Of a stretch of DNA of 64,000 nucleotides, positions 50,501 to 64,000 are shown one piece after another. The DNA comes from Mobula hypostoma (lineage: Eukaryota): assembly GCF_963921235.1 (NCBI RefSeq), contig NC_086108.1, positions 9,734,001-9,798,000 on the forward strand, given 5' to 3'. The notes beneath the pieces are model-generated. The model saw only the letters and a list, made by a program, of their open reading frames with translations. It searched no databases and was not told where the DNA came from. A program made the position numbers and the translations under genes. Position 1 is the first letter of the stretch. Each line of letters starts with the position of its first letter.

Positions 50501-53500
50501 CCACACCAGAATCACTCTACTCCATACCAGGATTACTCTACCCCACATCAGGATCACCTTACTCCACACCAGGATCACCCTACTCCACACCAGCATCACC
50601 CTATTCCACACCAGAATCACTCTACTCCATACCAGGATCGCCCTACTCCACACCAGAATCACTCTACTCCACACCAGGATCATCCTACTCCACACCAGGA
50701 CCACCCTGCTCCACACCAGGATCACACTCCACACCAGGATCACACTACTCCACACCAGGATCACCCTACTCCGCACCAGAATCACTCTACTCCACACCAG
50801 GATCACTCGACTCCACCAGGACCACCCTACAAACCAGGATCACACTCCGCACCAGGATCTCACTCCACACCAGGATCGCCCTTCTCCACACCAGGATCAA
50901 CTTACTCCACACCAGAATCACCCTACTCCACACCAGAATCACCCTACTTCACACCAGGATCACACTCCACACCAAGATCACCCTACTCCACACCAGAATC
51001 ATCCTACTCCACAGCAGGACCACCCTACTCCACACCAAAATTGCCCTTCTCCACACTAGGATCACCCTACTCCACACCAGCATCACCCTATTCCACACCA
51101 GAATCACTCTACTCCATACCAGGATCACTCTACCCCACATCAGGATCACCTTACTCTACACCAGGATCACCCTACTCCACACCAGCATCACCCTATTCCA
51201 CACCAGAATCACTCTACTCCATACCAGGATCGCCCTACTCCACACCAGAATCACTCTACTCCACACCAGGATCATCCTACTCCACACCAGGACCACCCTG
51301 CTCCACACCAGGATCACACTCCACACCAGGATCACACTACTCCACACCAGGATCACCCTACTCCGCACCAGAATCACTCTACTCCACACCAGGATCACTC
51401 TACTCCACCAGGACCACCCTACAAACCAGGATCACACTCCGCACCAGGATCTCACTCCACACCAGGATTGCCCTTCTCCACACCAGGATCAACTTACTTA
51501 ACACCAGAATCACCCTACTCCACACCAGAATCACCCTACTTCACACCAGGATCACACTCCACACCAAGATCACCCTACTCCACACCAGAATCATCCTACT
51601 CCACAGCAGGACCACCCAACTCCACACCAAAATTGCCCTTCTCCACACTAGGATCACCCTACTCCACACCAGCATCACCCTATTCCACACCAGAATCACT
51701 CTACTCCATACCAGGATCACTCTACCCCACATCAGGATCACACTCCACACCAGGTTCAGCCTTCTCCACACCAGAATCACCCTACACACCAGAATCACCC
51801 TACTCCACACCAGGACCACCCTACTCCACACCAGGATCACACTCCGCACCAGGATCTCACTCCACACCTGGATCTCCCTTCTCCACACCAGTATAACCCT
51901 ACTCCACACCAGAATCACCTTACTCCACACCAGAATTACTCTACTCCACACCAGTATCACCCTACTCCACACCAGGACAGCCCTACACCACACACGTATC
52001 ACACTCCACACTAGGATCACCGATCTCCAGACCAGATTCACCCTACTCCGTACCAGAATCACCTTACTCCACACCAGGATCACCCTAATCCACACCAGGA
52101 TCGCCTTACTCCACACCATAATCACTCTACTCCACACCAGGATCACCCTACTCCACACCAGAATCACCCTACTCCACACCAGAATCACCATACTCCACAC
52201 CAGGATCACCCTACTCCACACCAGGATCACCCTACTCCACACCAGAATCACTCTACTCCACACCAGGAGCACCCTACTCCACACCAGGATCACCCTACTC
52301 CACACCAGGATCAACCTACTCCACACCAGGATCACACTACTGCACACCAGGATCACCCTACTCCACACCAGGATCACCTTACTCCACACCAGGATCACCT
52401 TACTCCACATCAGGATCACGCTACCCCCCACCAGGATCCCCCTACCCCACACCAGGATCACACTCCACACCAGGATCTCTCTATTCCACACCAGGGTCAC
52501 CCCACTCCACACCAGGACTACCCTACTCCACACTAGGATTGCACTTCTCCTCACCAGGATCACGCCACTCCACACCAGGATCACAGTTCACACCAAGATC
52601 ACCCTTCTCTACACCAGAATCACCCTACTCTACAGCAGAATGACCCTACTCCATACCAGGAACACCCTACCCACATCAGGAATACACTCCAGACCAGGAT
52701 CACGCTACTCCACACCAGAATCGCACTCCACCCCAAGATCACCCTACTCCACACCGGGATCACCATACTCCACACCAGAATAGCTCTACTGCACACCAGG
52801 ATTACCCTACTCCACACCAGAATCACTCTACTCCACACCAGGATCACACTCCGCACCAGGATCTCACTCCACACCTGGATCGCCCTTCTCCACACCAGGA
52901 TCACCCTACTACACACCAGAATCACGTTACTCCACACCAGGACCACACTCCACACCAGGACAACCCTACTCCATACGAGAATCACGATACTCCACACCAG
53001 AATCACCTTACTCCACTCCAAGAACACCCTATTCCACACCAGTACCACCCTATCCCACACCAGGATCACACGACCCCACACCAGAATCACCCTACTCCAC
53101 ACCAGGATCACTCTACCCCACAGCAGAATCACCCTACTGCACACCAGAATCACACTACTGTACACCAGGATCACCCTACACCACACCAGGATCACCCTAC
53201 TCCACACCAGGACAACCCTACTCCACACCAGGATCACCCTACTGCACACCAGGATCACACTACACACCAGGATCATGCTACTCTACACCAGGACCACCCT
53301 ACTCCACACCAGGATCACACTCCACACCAGGATCACCCTACTCCACACCAGGATCACTCTACCCCACACCAGAATCACCCTACTGCACACCAGGATCACC
53401 ATACACTACACCAGGATCTCCCTACTCCACACCAGAACCACCCTACTCCACACCAGGATCACCCTACACCACACCAGGATCACCCTACTCCACACCAGGA

Positions 53501-56500
53501 CAACCCTACTCCACACCAGGAATACCCTACTGCACACCAGAATCACTCTACTCCACACCAGGATCATCCTACTCCACACCAGGACCACCCTACTCCACAC
53601 CAGGATCACCCTACTCCACACCAGGATCACTCTACCCCACACCAGAATCACCCTACTGCACACCAGGATCACCATACACTACACCAAGATCTCCCTACTC
53701 CAGACCAGAACTACCCTACTCCACACCAGGATCACCCTACTCCACACCAGGATCGCCCTACTCCACACCAGGATCACCCTACTCCACACCAGGATCGCCC
53801 TACTCCACACCAGGATTACTCTACTGCACACCAGGACCACCCTACTCCAGACCAGGACCACCCGACTTCACACCAGGATCACACTCCGCACCAGGATCTC
53901 ACTCCACACCTGGATCACCCTTCTCCACACCAGAATCACTCTACTCCACACCAGAATCACCCTACTCCACACCAGAATTACTCTACTGCACACCAGGACC
54001 ACCGTACTCCACACTAGGACCACCCGACTTCACACCAGGATCACACTCCGCACCAGGATCTCACTCCACACCTGGATCACCCTTCTCCACACCAGAATCA
54101 CTCTGCTCCACACCAGAATCACCCTACTCCACACCAGGATTACTCTACTGCACACCAGGACCACCGTACTCCACACTAGGACCACCCGACTTCACACCAG
54201 GATCACACTCCGCACCAGGATCTCACTCCACACCTGGATCGCCCTACTCCACACCATGATCACCCTACTCCACACCAGGACCACCCTACTCCACACCAGG
54301 ATCGCCCTACAACACACCAGGATCACCCTACTCCACACCAGGATCACACTCCACACCAGGATCTCACTCCACACCTCGATCGCCCTTCTCCACACCAGGA
54401 TCACCCTACTCCACACCAGCATCACCTTACTCCACACCAGGACCACACTCCACACCGGGACAACCCGACTCCATACGAGAATCACCATACTCCACACCAG
54501 AATCACACTACTCCACACCAGGATCGCCCTACTCCACACCACGATCACTCTACCCCACACCAGGATCACACTACCCCTCACCAGAATCACCCTACTCCAC
54601 ACCAGGATCACTCTACCCCACACCAGAATCACCCTACTGCACACCAGAATCACACTACTGCACACCAGGATCACCCTACTCCACACCAGGATCACCTTAC
54701 TCCACATCAGGATCACGCTACCCCACACCAGAATCACTCTACTCCACACCAGAATCACCCTACTGCACACCAGAATCACACTACTGCACACCAGGATCAC
54801 CCTAGTCCACACCAGGATCACCTTACTCCACATCAGGATCACGCTACCCCACACCAGGATCCCCCTACTCCACACCTGGATCACACTCCACACCAGGATC
54901 TCTCTATTCCACACCAGGGTCACCCCACTCCACACCAGGACTACCCTACTCCACACTAGGATTTCACTTCTCCACACCAGGATCACGCCACTCCACACCA
55001 GGATCACAGTTCACACCAGGATCACCCTTCTCTACACCAGAATCACCCTACTCTACAGCAGAATGACCCTACTCCATATCAGGAACACCCTACTCCACAT
55101 CAGGAATACACTCCAGACCAGGATCACGCTACTCCACACCAGAATCGCACTCCACCCCAGGATCACCCTACTCCACACCGGGATCGCCATACTCCACACC
55201 AGAATCACTCTACTCCACACCAGGATCACCCTACTGCACACCAGAAACACTCTACTGCACACCATGATCACACTACTCCACACCAGGATCACACATTTCC
55301 ACACCAGGATCACACTACTCCACACCAGGACCACCCTACTCCACACCAGAATCACCCCACTCCACAGCAGGACCACCCTACTCTAAACCAGGATCACACT
55401 CCACACCAGGATCGCCATATTGCACACCAGCATCACCCAACTCCGCACAAGGATTGCCCTACTCCACATCTGGATCAACCTACGCCACACCAGAATAGCT
55501 CTACTGCACACCAGGATCACCCTATCCACACCAGAATCACTCTACTCCACACCAGGATCACCCTACTCCACACCAGGATCACACTCCGCACCAGGATCTC
55601 ACTCCACACCTGGATCGCCCTTCTCCACACCAGGATCACCCTACTACACACCAGAATCACGTTACTCCACACCAGGACCACACTCCACACCAGGACAACC
55701 CTACTCCATACGAGAATCACGATACTCCACACCAGAATCACCTTACTCCACTCAAAGACCACCGTATTCTACACCAGTACCACCCTATCCCACACCAGGA
55801 TCAAACTACCCCACACCAGAATCACCCTACTCCATACCAGGATCACTCTACCCCACACCAGGATCACCCTACTCCACACCAGGACAACCCTACTCCACAC
55901 CAGGACAACCCTACTCCACACCAGGATCACCCTACTCCACACCAGGATCGCCCTACTCCACACCAGAATCACTCTACTCCACACCAGGATCATCCTACTC
56001 CACACCAGGAGCACCCTACTCCACACCAGGATCACACTCCACACCAGGATCACACTACTCCACACCAGGATCACCCTACTCCACACCAGAATCACTCTAC
56101 TCCACACCAGGATCACTCTACTCCACCAGGACCACCCTACACACCAGGATCACACTCCGCTCCAGGAACTCACTCCACAACAGGATCGCCCTTCTCCACA
56201 CCAGGATCAACTTACTCCACACCAGGATCACCCTACTCCACACCAGAATCACCCTACTTCACACCAGGATCACAATCCACACCAAGATCACCCTACTCCA
56301 CACCAGAATCATCCTACTCCACAGTAGGACCACCCTACTCCACACCAAAATTGGCCTTCTCCACACTAGGATCACCCTACTCCACACCAGCATCACCCTA
56401 TTCCACACCAGAATCACTCTACTCCATACCAGGATCATTCTACCCCACATCAGGATCACCTTAGTCCACATCAGAATCACCCTACTCCACACCAGGATCA

Positions 56501-59500
56501 CTCTACCCCACACCAGAATCACCCTACTGCACACCAGGATCACCATACACTGCACCAGGATCTTCCTACTCCACACCAGAACCACCCTACTCCACACCAG
56601 GATCACCCTACTCTACACCAGGATCGCCCTACTCCACACCAGGATCACCCTACTCCACACCAGGATCGCCCTACTCCACACCAGTATCACACTCCACACC
56701 AGGATCACTCTACACCACACCAGAATCACCCTACTCCACACCAGGATTACTCTACTGCACACCAGGACCACCGTACTCCACACCAGGACCACCCGACTTC
56801 ACACCAGGATCACACTCCGCACCAGGATCTCACTCCACACCTGGATCGCCCTTCTCCACACCATGATCAACCTACTCCACACCAGAATCAGACTACTCCA
56901 CACCAGAATCAACCTACTCCACACCAGAATCACCCTGATCTACAGCAGAATGACCCTGCTCCATACCAGGACCACACTAATCCACATCCGGATCACACTC
57001 CACGCCAGGATCACACTACCCCACACCAGAATCACCCTACTCCACACCATGATCACTCTACCCCACACCAGAATCACCCTACTGCACACCAGAATCACCC
57101 CACTCCACAGCAGGATCACCCTACTCTACACCAGGATCACACTCCACACCAGGATCGCCCTATTGCACACCAGCATCACCCTACTCCGCACAAGGATCGC
57201 CCTACTCCACATCCGGATCAACCTACGCCACACCAGAATAGCTCTACTGCACACCAGGATCACCCTACTCCACACCAGAATCACTCTACTCCACACCAGG
57301 ATCACACTCCGCACCATGATCTCACTCCACACCTGGATCGCCCTTCTCCACAGCAGGATCACCCTACTACACACCAGAATCACGTTACTCCACACCAGGA
57401 CCACACTCCACACCAGGACAACCCTATCCCACACCAGAATCAAACTACCCCACTCCAGAATCACCCTACTCCACACCAGGATCACCCTACCCCACACCAG
57501 AATCACCCGACTGCACACCAGAATCACACAACTGCACACCAGGATCACCCTACACCACACCAGGATCTCCCTACTCCACACCAGGACAACCCTACTCCAC
57601 ACCAGGATCACCCTACTCCACACCAGGATCGCCCTACTCCACACCAGGACCACACTCCACACCAGGACAACCCTACTCCACACCAGAATCACTCTACTCC
57701 ACACCAGGATCATCCTACTCCACACCAGGACCACCCTACTCCACACCAGGATCACACTCCACACCAGGATCACACTACTCCACACCAGGATCACCCTGCT
57801 CCACACCAGAATCACTCTACTCCACACGAAGATCACCCTACTCCACACCAGGTCCACCCTACACACCAGGATCACACTCCGCACCAGGATCTCACTCCAC
57901 ACCAGGATCGCCCTTCTCCACATCAGGATCAACTTACTCCACACCAGGATCACTCTACCCCACACCAGAATCACCCTACTGCACACCAGAATCACACTAC
58001 TGCACACCAGGATCACCCAACTCCACACCAGGATCACCTTACTCCACATCAGGATCATGCTACCCCACACCAGGATCCCCCTACTCCACACCAGGATCAC
58101 ACTCCACACCAGGATCTCTCTATTCCACACCAGGACTACCCTACTCCACACTAGGATTGCACTTCTCCACACCAGGATCACGCCACTCCACACCAGGATC
58201 ACAGTTCACACCAGGATCACCCTTCTCTACACCAGAATCACCCTACTCTACAGCAGAATGACCATACTCCATACCAGGAACACCCTACTCCACATCAGGA
58301 ATACACTCCAGACCAGGATCACGCTACTCCACACCAGAATCGCACTCCACCCCAGGATCACCCTACTCCACACCGGGATCGCCATACTCCACACCAGAAT
58401 CACTCTACTCCACACCAGGATCACCCTACTGCACACCAGAAACACTCTACTGCACTCCATGATCACACTACTCCACACCAGGATCACATATTTCCACACA
58501 AGGATCACACTACTCCACACCAGGAACACCCTACTCCACACCAGAATCACCCCACTCCACAGCAGGACCACCCTACTCTACACCAGGATCACACTCCACA
58601 CCAGGATCGCCATATTGCACACCAGCATCACCCAACTCCGCACAAGGATTGCCCTACTCCACATCTGGATCAACCTACGCCACACCAGAATAGCTCTACT
58701 GCACACCAGGATCACCCTACTCCACACCAGAATCACTCTACTCCACACCAGGATCACCCTACTCCACACCAGGATCACACTCCGCACCAGGATCTCACTC
58801 CACACCTGGATCGCCCTTCTCCACACCAGGATCACTCTACTCCACACCAGGATCACCCTACTCCACACCAGGATCACCCTACTCCACACCAGGATCACAC
58901 TCCACACCAGGATCACCCTACTCCACACCAGGATCACCCTACTCCACACCAGAATCACTCTACTCCACACCAGGATCACCCTACTCCACAACAGGACCAC
59001 CCTACTCCACACCAGGATCACACTCCGCACCAGGATCTCACTCCACAACAGGATCGCCCTTCTCCACACCAGGATCAACCCTACTCCACACCAGGATCAC
59101 CCTACTCCACACCAGCATCACCCTATTCCACACCAGAATCACTCTACTCCATACCAGGATCACTCTACCCCACATCAGGATCACCTTAGTCCACACCAGA
59201 ATCACCCTTCTCCACACCAGGATCACCCTACTCCACACCAGAATCACTCTACTCCACAAAAGTATCACTCTACTCCACCAGGATCACCCTACACACCAGG
59301 ATCGCACTCCGCACCAGGATCTCACTCCACAACAGGATCGCCCTTCTCCACACCAGGATCAACTTACTCCACACCAGGATCACCCTACTCCACACCAGAA
59401 TCACCCTACTTCACACCAGGATCACAATCCACACCAAGATCACCCGACTCCACACCAGAATCATCCTACTCCACAGTAGGACCACCCTACTCCACACCAA

Positions 59501-62500
59501 AATTGGCCTTCTCCACACTAGGATCACCCTACTCCACACCAGCATCACCCTATTCCACACCAGAATCACTCTACTCCATACCAGGATCATTCTACCCCAC
59601 ATCAGGATCACCTTAGTCCACACCAGAATCACCCTACTCCACACCAGGATCACTCAACCCCACACCAGAATCACCCTACTGCACACCAGGGTCACCATAC
59701 ACTACACCAGGATCTCCCTACTCCACACCAGAACCACCCTACTCCACACCAGGATCACCCTACTCCACACCAGGATCGCCCTACTCCACACCAGGATAAC
59801 CCTACTCCACACCAGGATCGCCCTACTCCACACCAGTATCACACTCCACACCAGGATCACTCTACACCACACCAGAATCACCCTACTCCACACCAGGATT
59901 ACTCTACTGCACACCAGGACCACCGTACTCCACACCAGGACCACCCGACTTCACACCAGGATCACACTCCGCACCAGGATCTCACTCCACACCTGGATCG
60001 CCCTTCTCCACACCATGATCACCCTACTCCACACCAGAATCACCCTACTCCACACCAGAATCAACCTACTCCACACCAGAATCAGACCAGAATCACCCTA
60101 CTCCACACCAGGACCACACTCCACACCAGGACAACCCTACTCCACACCAGAATCACCCTACTCCACACCAGCATCACCCTGATCTACAGCAGAATGACCC
60201 TACTCCATACCAGGACCACACTAATCCACATCAGGATCACACTCCACGCCAGGATCACACTACCCCACACCAGAATCACCCTACTCCACACCATGATCAC
60301 TCTACCCCACACCAGAATCACCCTACTGCACACCAGAATCACCCCACTCCACAGCAGGACCACCCTACTCTACACCAGGATCACACTCCACTCCAAGATC
60401 GCCCTATTGCACACCAGCATCACCCTACTCCGCACAAGGATCGCCCTACTCCACATCCGGATCAACCTACGCCACACCAGAATAGCTCTACTGCACACCA
60501 GGATCACCCTACTCCACACCAGAATCACTCTACTCCACACCAGGATTACACTCCGCACCATGATCTCACTCCACACCTGGATCGCCCTTCTCCACAGCAG
60601 GATCACCCTACTACACACCAGAATCACTCTACTCCACAACAGGATCACCCTACCCCACACCAGAATCACCCTACTGCACACCAGAATCACACAACTGCAC
60701 ACCAGGATCACCCTACACCACACCAGGATCTCCCTACTCCACACCAGGACAACCCTACTCCACACCAGGATCACCCTACTCCACACCAGGATCGCCCTAC
60801 TCCACACCAGGACCACACTCCACACCAGGACAACCCTACTCCACACCAGAATCACTCTACTCCACACCAGGATCATCCTACTCCACACCAGGACCACCCT
60901 ACTCCACACCAGGATCACACTCCACACCAGGATCACACTACTCCACACCAGGATCACCCTGCTCCACACCAGAATCACTCTACTCCACAAGAGGATCACC
61001 CTACTCCACACCAGGTCCACCCTACACACCAGGATCACACTCCGCACCAGGATCTCACTCCACACCAGGATCGCCCTTCTCCACACCAGGATCAACTTAC
61101 TCCACACCAGGATCACCCTACTCCACATCAGAATCGCACTCCACAACAGGATCACCCTACTTCACACCAGGATCACACTCCACACCAAGATCACCCTACT
61201 CCACACCAGAATCATCCTACTCAAAAGCAGCACCACCCTACTCCACACCAAAATTGCCCTTCTCCACACTAGGATCACCCTACTCTACACCAGCATCACC
61301 CTATTCCACACCAGGACCACCCTACTCCACACCAGGATCACACTCCACACCAGGATCTCACTACCCACCTCGATCGCCCTTCTCCACACCAGGATCACCC
61401 TACTCCACACCAGAATCACCTTACTCCACACCAGGATCACTCTACCCCACACCAGAATCACCTTACTGCACACCAGAATCACACTACTGCACACCAGGAT
61501 CACCCTACTCCACACCAGGATCACCTTACTCCACATCAGGATCACGCTACCCCACACCAGGATGCCCCTACTCCACACCAGGATCACACTCCACACCAGG
61601 ATCTCTCTATTCCACACCAGGGTCACCCCACTCCACACCAGGACTACCCTACTCCACACTAGGATTGCACTTCTCCACACCAGGATCACGCCACTCCACA
61701 CCAGGATCACAGTTCACACCAGGATCACCCTTCTCTACACCAGAATCACCCTACTCTACAGCAGAATGACCATACTCCATACCAGGAACACCCTACTCCA
61801 CATCAGGAATACACTCCAGACCAGGATCACGCTACTCCACACCAGAATCGCACTCCACCCCAGGATCACCCTACTCCACACCGGGATCGCCATACTCCAC
61901 ACCAGAATCACTCTACTCCACAACAGGATCACCCTACTGCACACCAGAAACACTCTACTGCACACCATGATCACACTACTCCACACCAGGATCACACATT
62001 TCCACACCAGGATCACACTACTCCACACCAGGACCTCCCTACTCCACACCAGAATCACCCCACTCCACAGCAGGACCACCCTACTCTACACCAGGATCAC
62101 ACTCCTAACCAGGATCGCCATATTGCACACCAGCATCACCCTACTCCGCACAAGGATTGCCCTACTCCAAATCTGGATCAACCTACGCCACACCAGAATA
62201 GCTCTACTGCACACCAGGATCACTCTACTCCACACCAGAATCACTCTACTCCACACCAGGATCTCCCTACTCCACACCAGGACAACCCTACTCCAGACCA
62301 GGATCACCCTACTCCACACCAGGATCGCCCTACTCCACACCAGGACCACACTCCACACCAGGACAACCCTACTCCACACCAGAATCACTCTACTCCACAC
62401 CAGGATCACCCTACTCCACACCAGGACCACCCTACTCCACACCAGGATCACACTCCACACCAGGATCACACTACTCCACACCAGGATCACCCTGCTCCAC

Positions 62501-64000
62501 ACCAGAATCACTCTACTCCACACGAGGATCACCCTACTCCACACCAGGTCCACCCTACACACCAGGATCACACTCCGCACCAGGATCTCACTCCACACCA
62601 GGATCGCCCTTCTCCACACCAGGATCACCTTACTCCACACCAGGATCACCCTACTCCACACCAGGATCACACTCCACACCAGGATCACCCTTCTCCACAC
62701 CAGAATCAACCGACTCCACACCAGAATCAACCTACTCCACACCAGAATCATCCTACTCAAAAGCAGCACCACCCTACTCCACACCAAAATTGCCCTTCTC
62801 AACGCTAGGATCACCCTACTCTACACCAGCATCACCCTATTCCACACCAGGACCACCCTACTCCACACCAGGATCACACTCCACACCAGGATCTCACTCC
62901 CCACCTCGATCGCCCTTCTCCACACCAGGATCACCCTACTCCACACCAGAATCACCTTACTCCACACCAGGATCACTCTACCCCACACCAGAATCACCTT
63001 ACTGCACACCAGAATCACACTACTGCACACCAGGATCACCCTACTCCACACCAGGATCACCATAGTCCACATCAGGATCACGCTACCCCACACCAGGATG
63101 CCCCTACTCCACACCAGGATCACACTCCACACCAGGATCTCTCTATTCCACACCAGGGTCACCCCACTCCACACCAGGACTACCCTACTCCACACTAGGA
63201 TTGCACTTCTCCACACCAGGATCACGCCACTCCACACCAGGATCACAGTTCACACCAGGATCACCCTTCTCTACACCAGAATCACCCTACTCTACAGCAG
63301 AATGACCATACTCCATACCAGGAACACCCTACTCCACATCAGGAATACACTCCAGACCAGGATCACGCTACTCCACACCAGAATCGCACTCCACCCCAGG
63401 ATCACCCTACTCCACACCGGGATCGCCATACTCCACACCAGAATCACTCTACTCCACAACAGGATCACCCTACTGCACACCAGAAACACTCTACTGCACA
63501 CCATGATCACACTACTCCACACCAGGATCACACATTTCCACACCAGGATCACACTACTCCACACCAGGACCTCCCTACTCCACACCAGAATCACCCCACT
63601 CCACAGCAGGACCACCCTACTCTACACCAGGATCACACTCCTAACCAGGATCGCCATATTGCACACCAGCATCACCCTACTCCGCACAAGGATTGCCCTA
63701 CTCCACATCTGGATCAACCTACGCCACACCAGAATAGCTCTACTGCACACCAGGATCACTCTACTCCACACCAGAATCACTCTACTCCACACCAGGATCA
63801 CCCTACTGGACACCAGGATCACACTCCGCACCAGGATCTCACTCCACACCTGGATCGCCCTTCTCCACACCAGGATCACCCTACTACACACCAGAATCAC
63901 GTTACTCCACACCAGGACCACACTCCACACCAGGACAACCCTACTCCATACGAGAATCACGATACTCCACACCAGAATCACCTTACTCCACTCCAAGACC

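Larger units (their letters stand above)
32978..64000. repeat. Minisatellite array B: 21-bp monomer ACCAGGATCACCCTACTCCAC with an 18-bp variant ACCAGGATCACACTCCAC, C-rich on the + strand; runs off the window end
   Basis: Direct reading. It is the source of the HTRITLL, STPGSPY, PHQDHPT and WSRVILV repeat ORFs. Block duplications occur at offsets of 1170, 1459, 1536, 2870, 3187 and ~6057 bp. Confidence 0.98.

Noticed and set aside
32887..63996. Minus-strand WSRVILV repeat ORFs as membrane proteins
   Set aside because: Antisense reading of the 21-bp monomer, repeatedly broken by TAG/TGA from common variants, with no unique domain.
32978..64000. Telomeric or telomere-variant repeat
   Set aside because: C-rich strand bias and ACCCTA resemble CCCTAA, but the monomer is 21 bp and no (TTAGGG)n tract is present.

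Overview
Eukaryotic repeat-dense DNA, most likely from a cartilaginous fish (inferred from CR1 LINEs, a V-SINE of HE1 type and Penelope-like elements). No host protein-coding gene can be supported. There are three parts. (i) 1-19026 is a G-rich 28/30-bp minisatellite with nested higher-order repeats and one young CR1 insertion. (ii) 19027-32977 is a 14-kb island of nested retroelements: a 5'-truncated CR1, several Penelope-like element (PLE) pieces including a GIY-YIG remnant, a deleted Chapaev3-type DNA transposon, a SINE and old LINE scraps. (iii) 32978-64000 is a C-rich 21/18-bp minisatellite that produces all the very long ORFs in the track. The most interesting signal is a set of minimal type I hammerhead ribozyme motifs (AGTC-CTGACGA-stem II-GAAAC-GTC-GACT) carried by the PLE 3' ends. 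One ~680-bp PLE cassette has ~150-bp inverted arms, one hammerhead on each strand and a 16-bp target-site duplication. It inserted into the 21-bp satellite and was then amplified with it to three copies spaced 2.87 and 3.19 kb apart, giving a satellite punctuated by ribozyme motifs on both strands. Family names come from motif recognition, not database searches, and ribozyme activity and transcription are untested.
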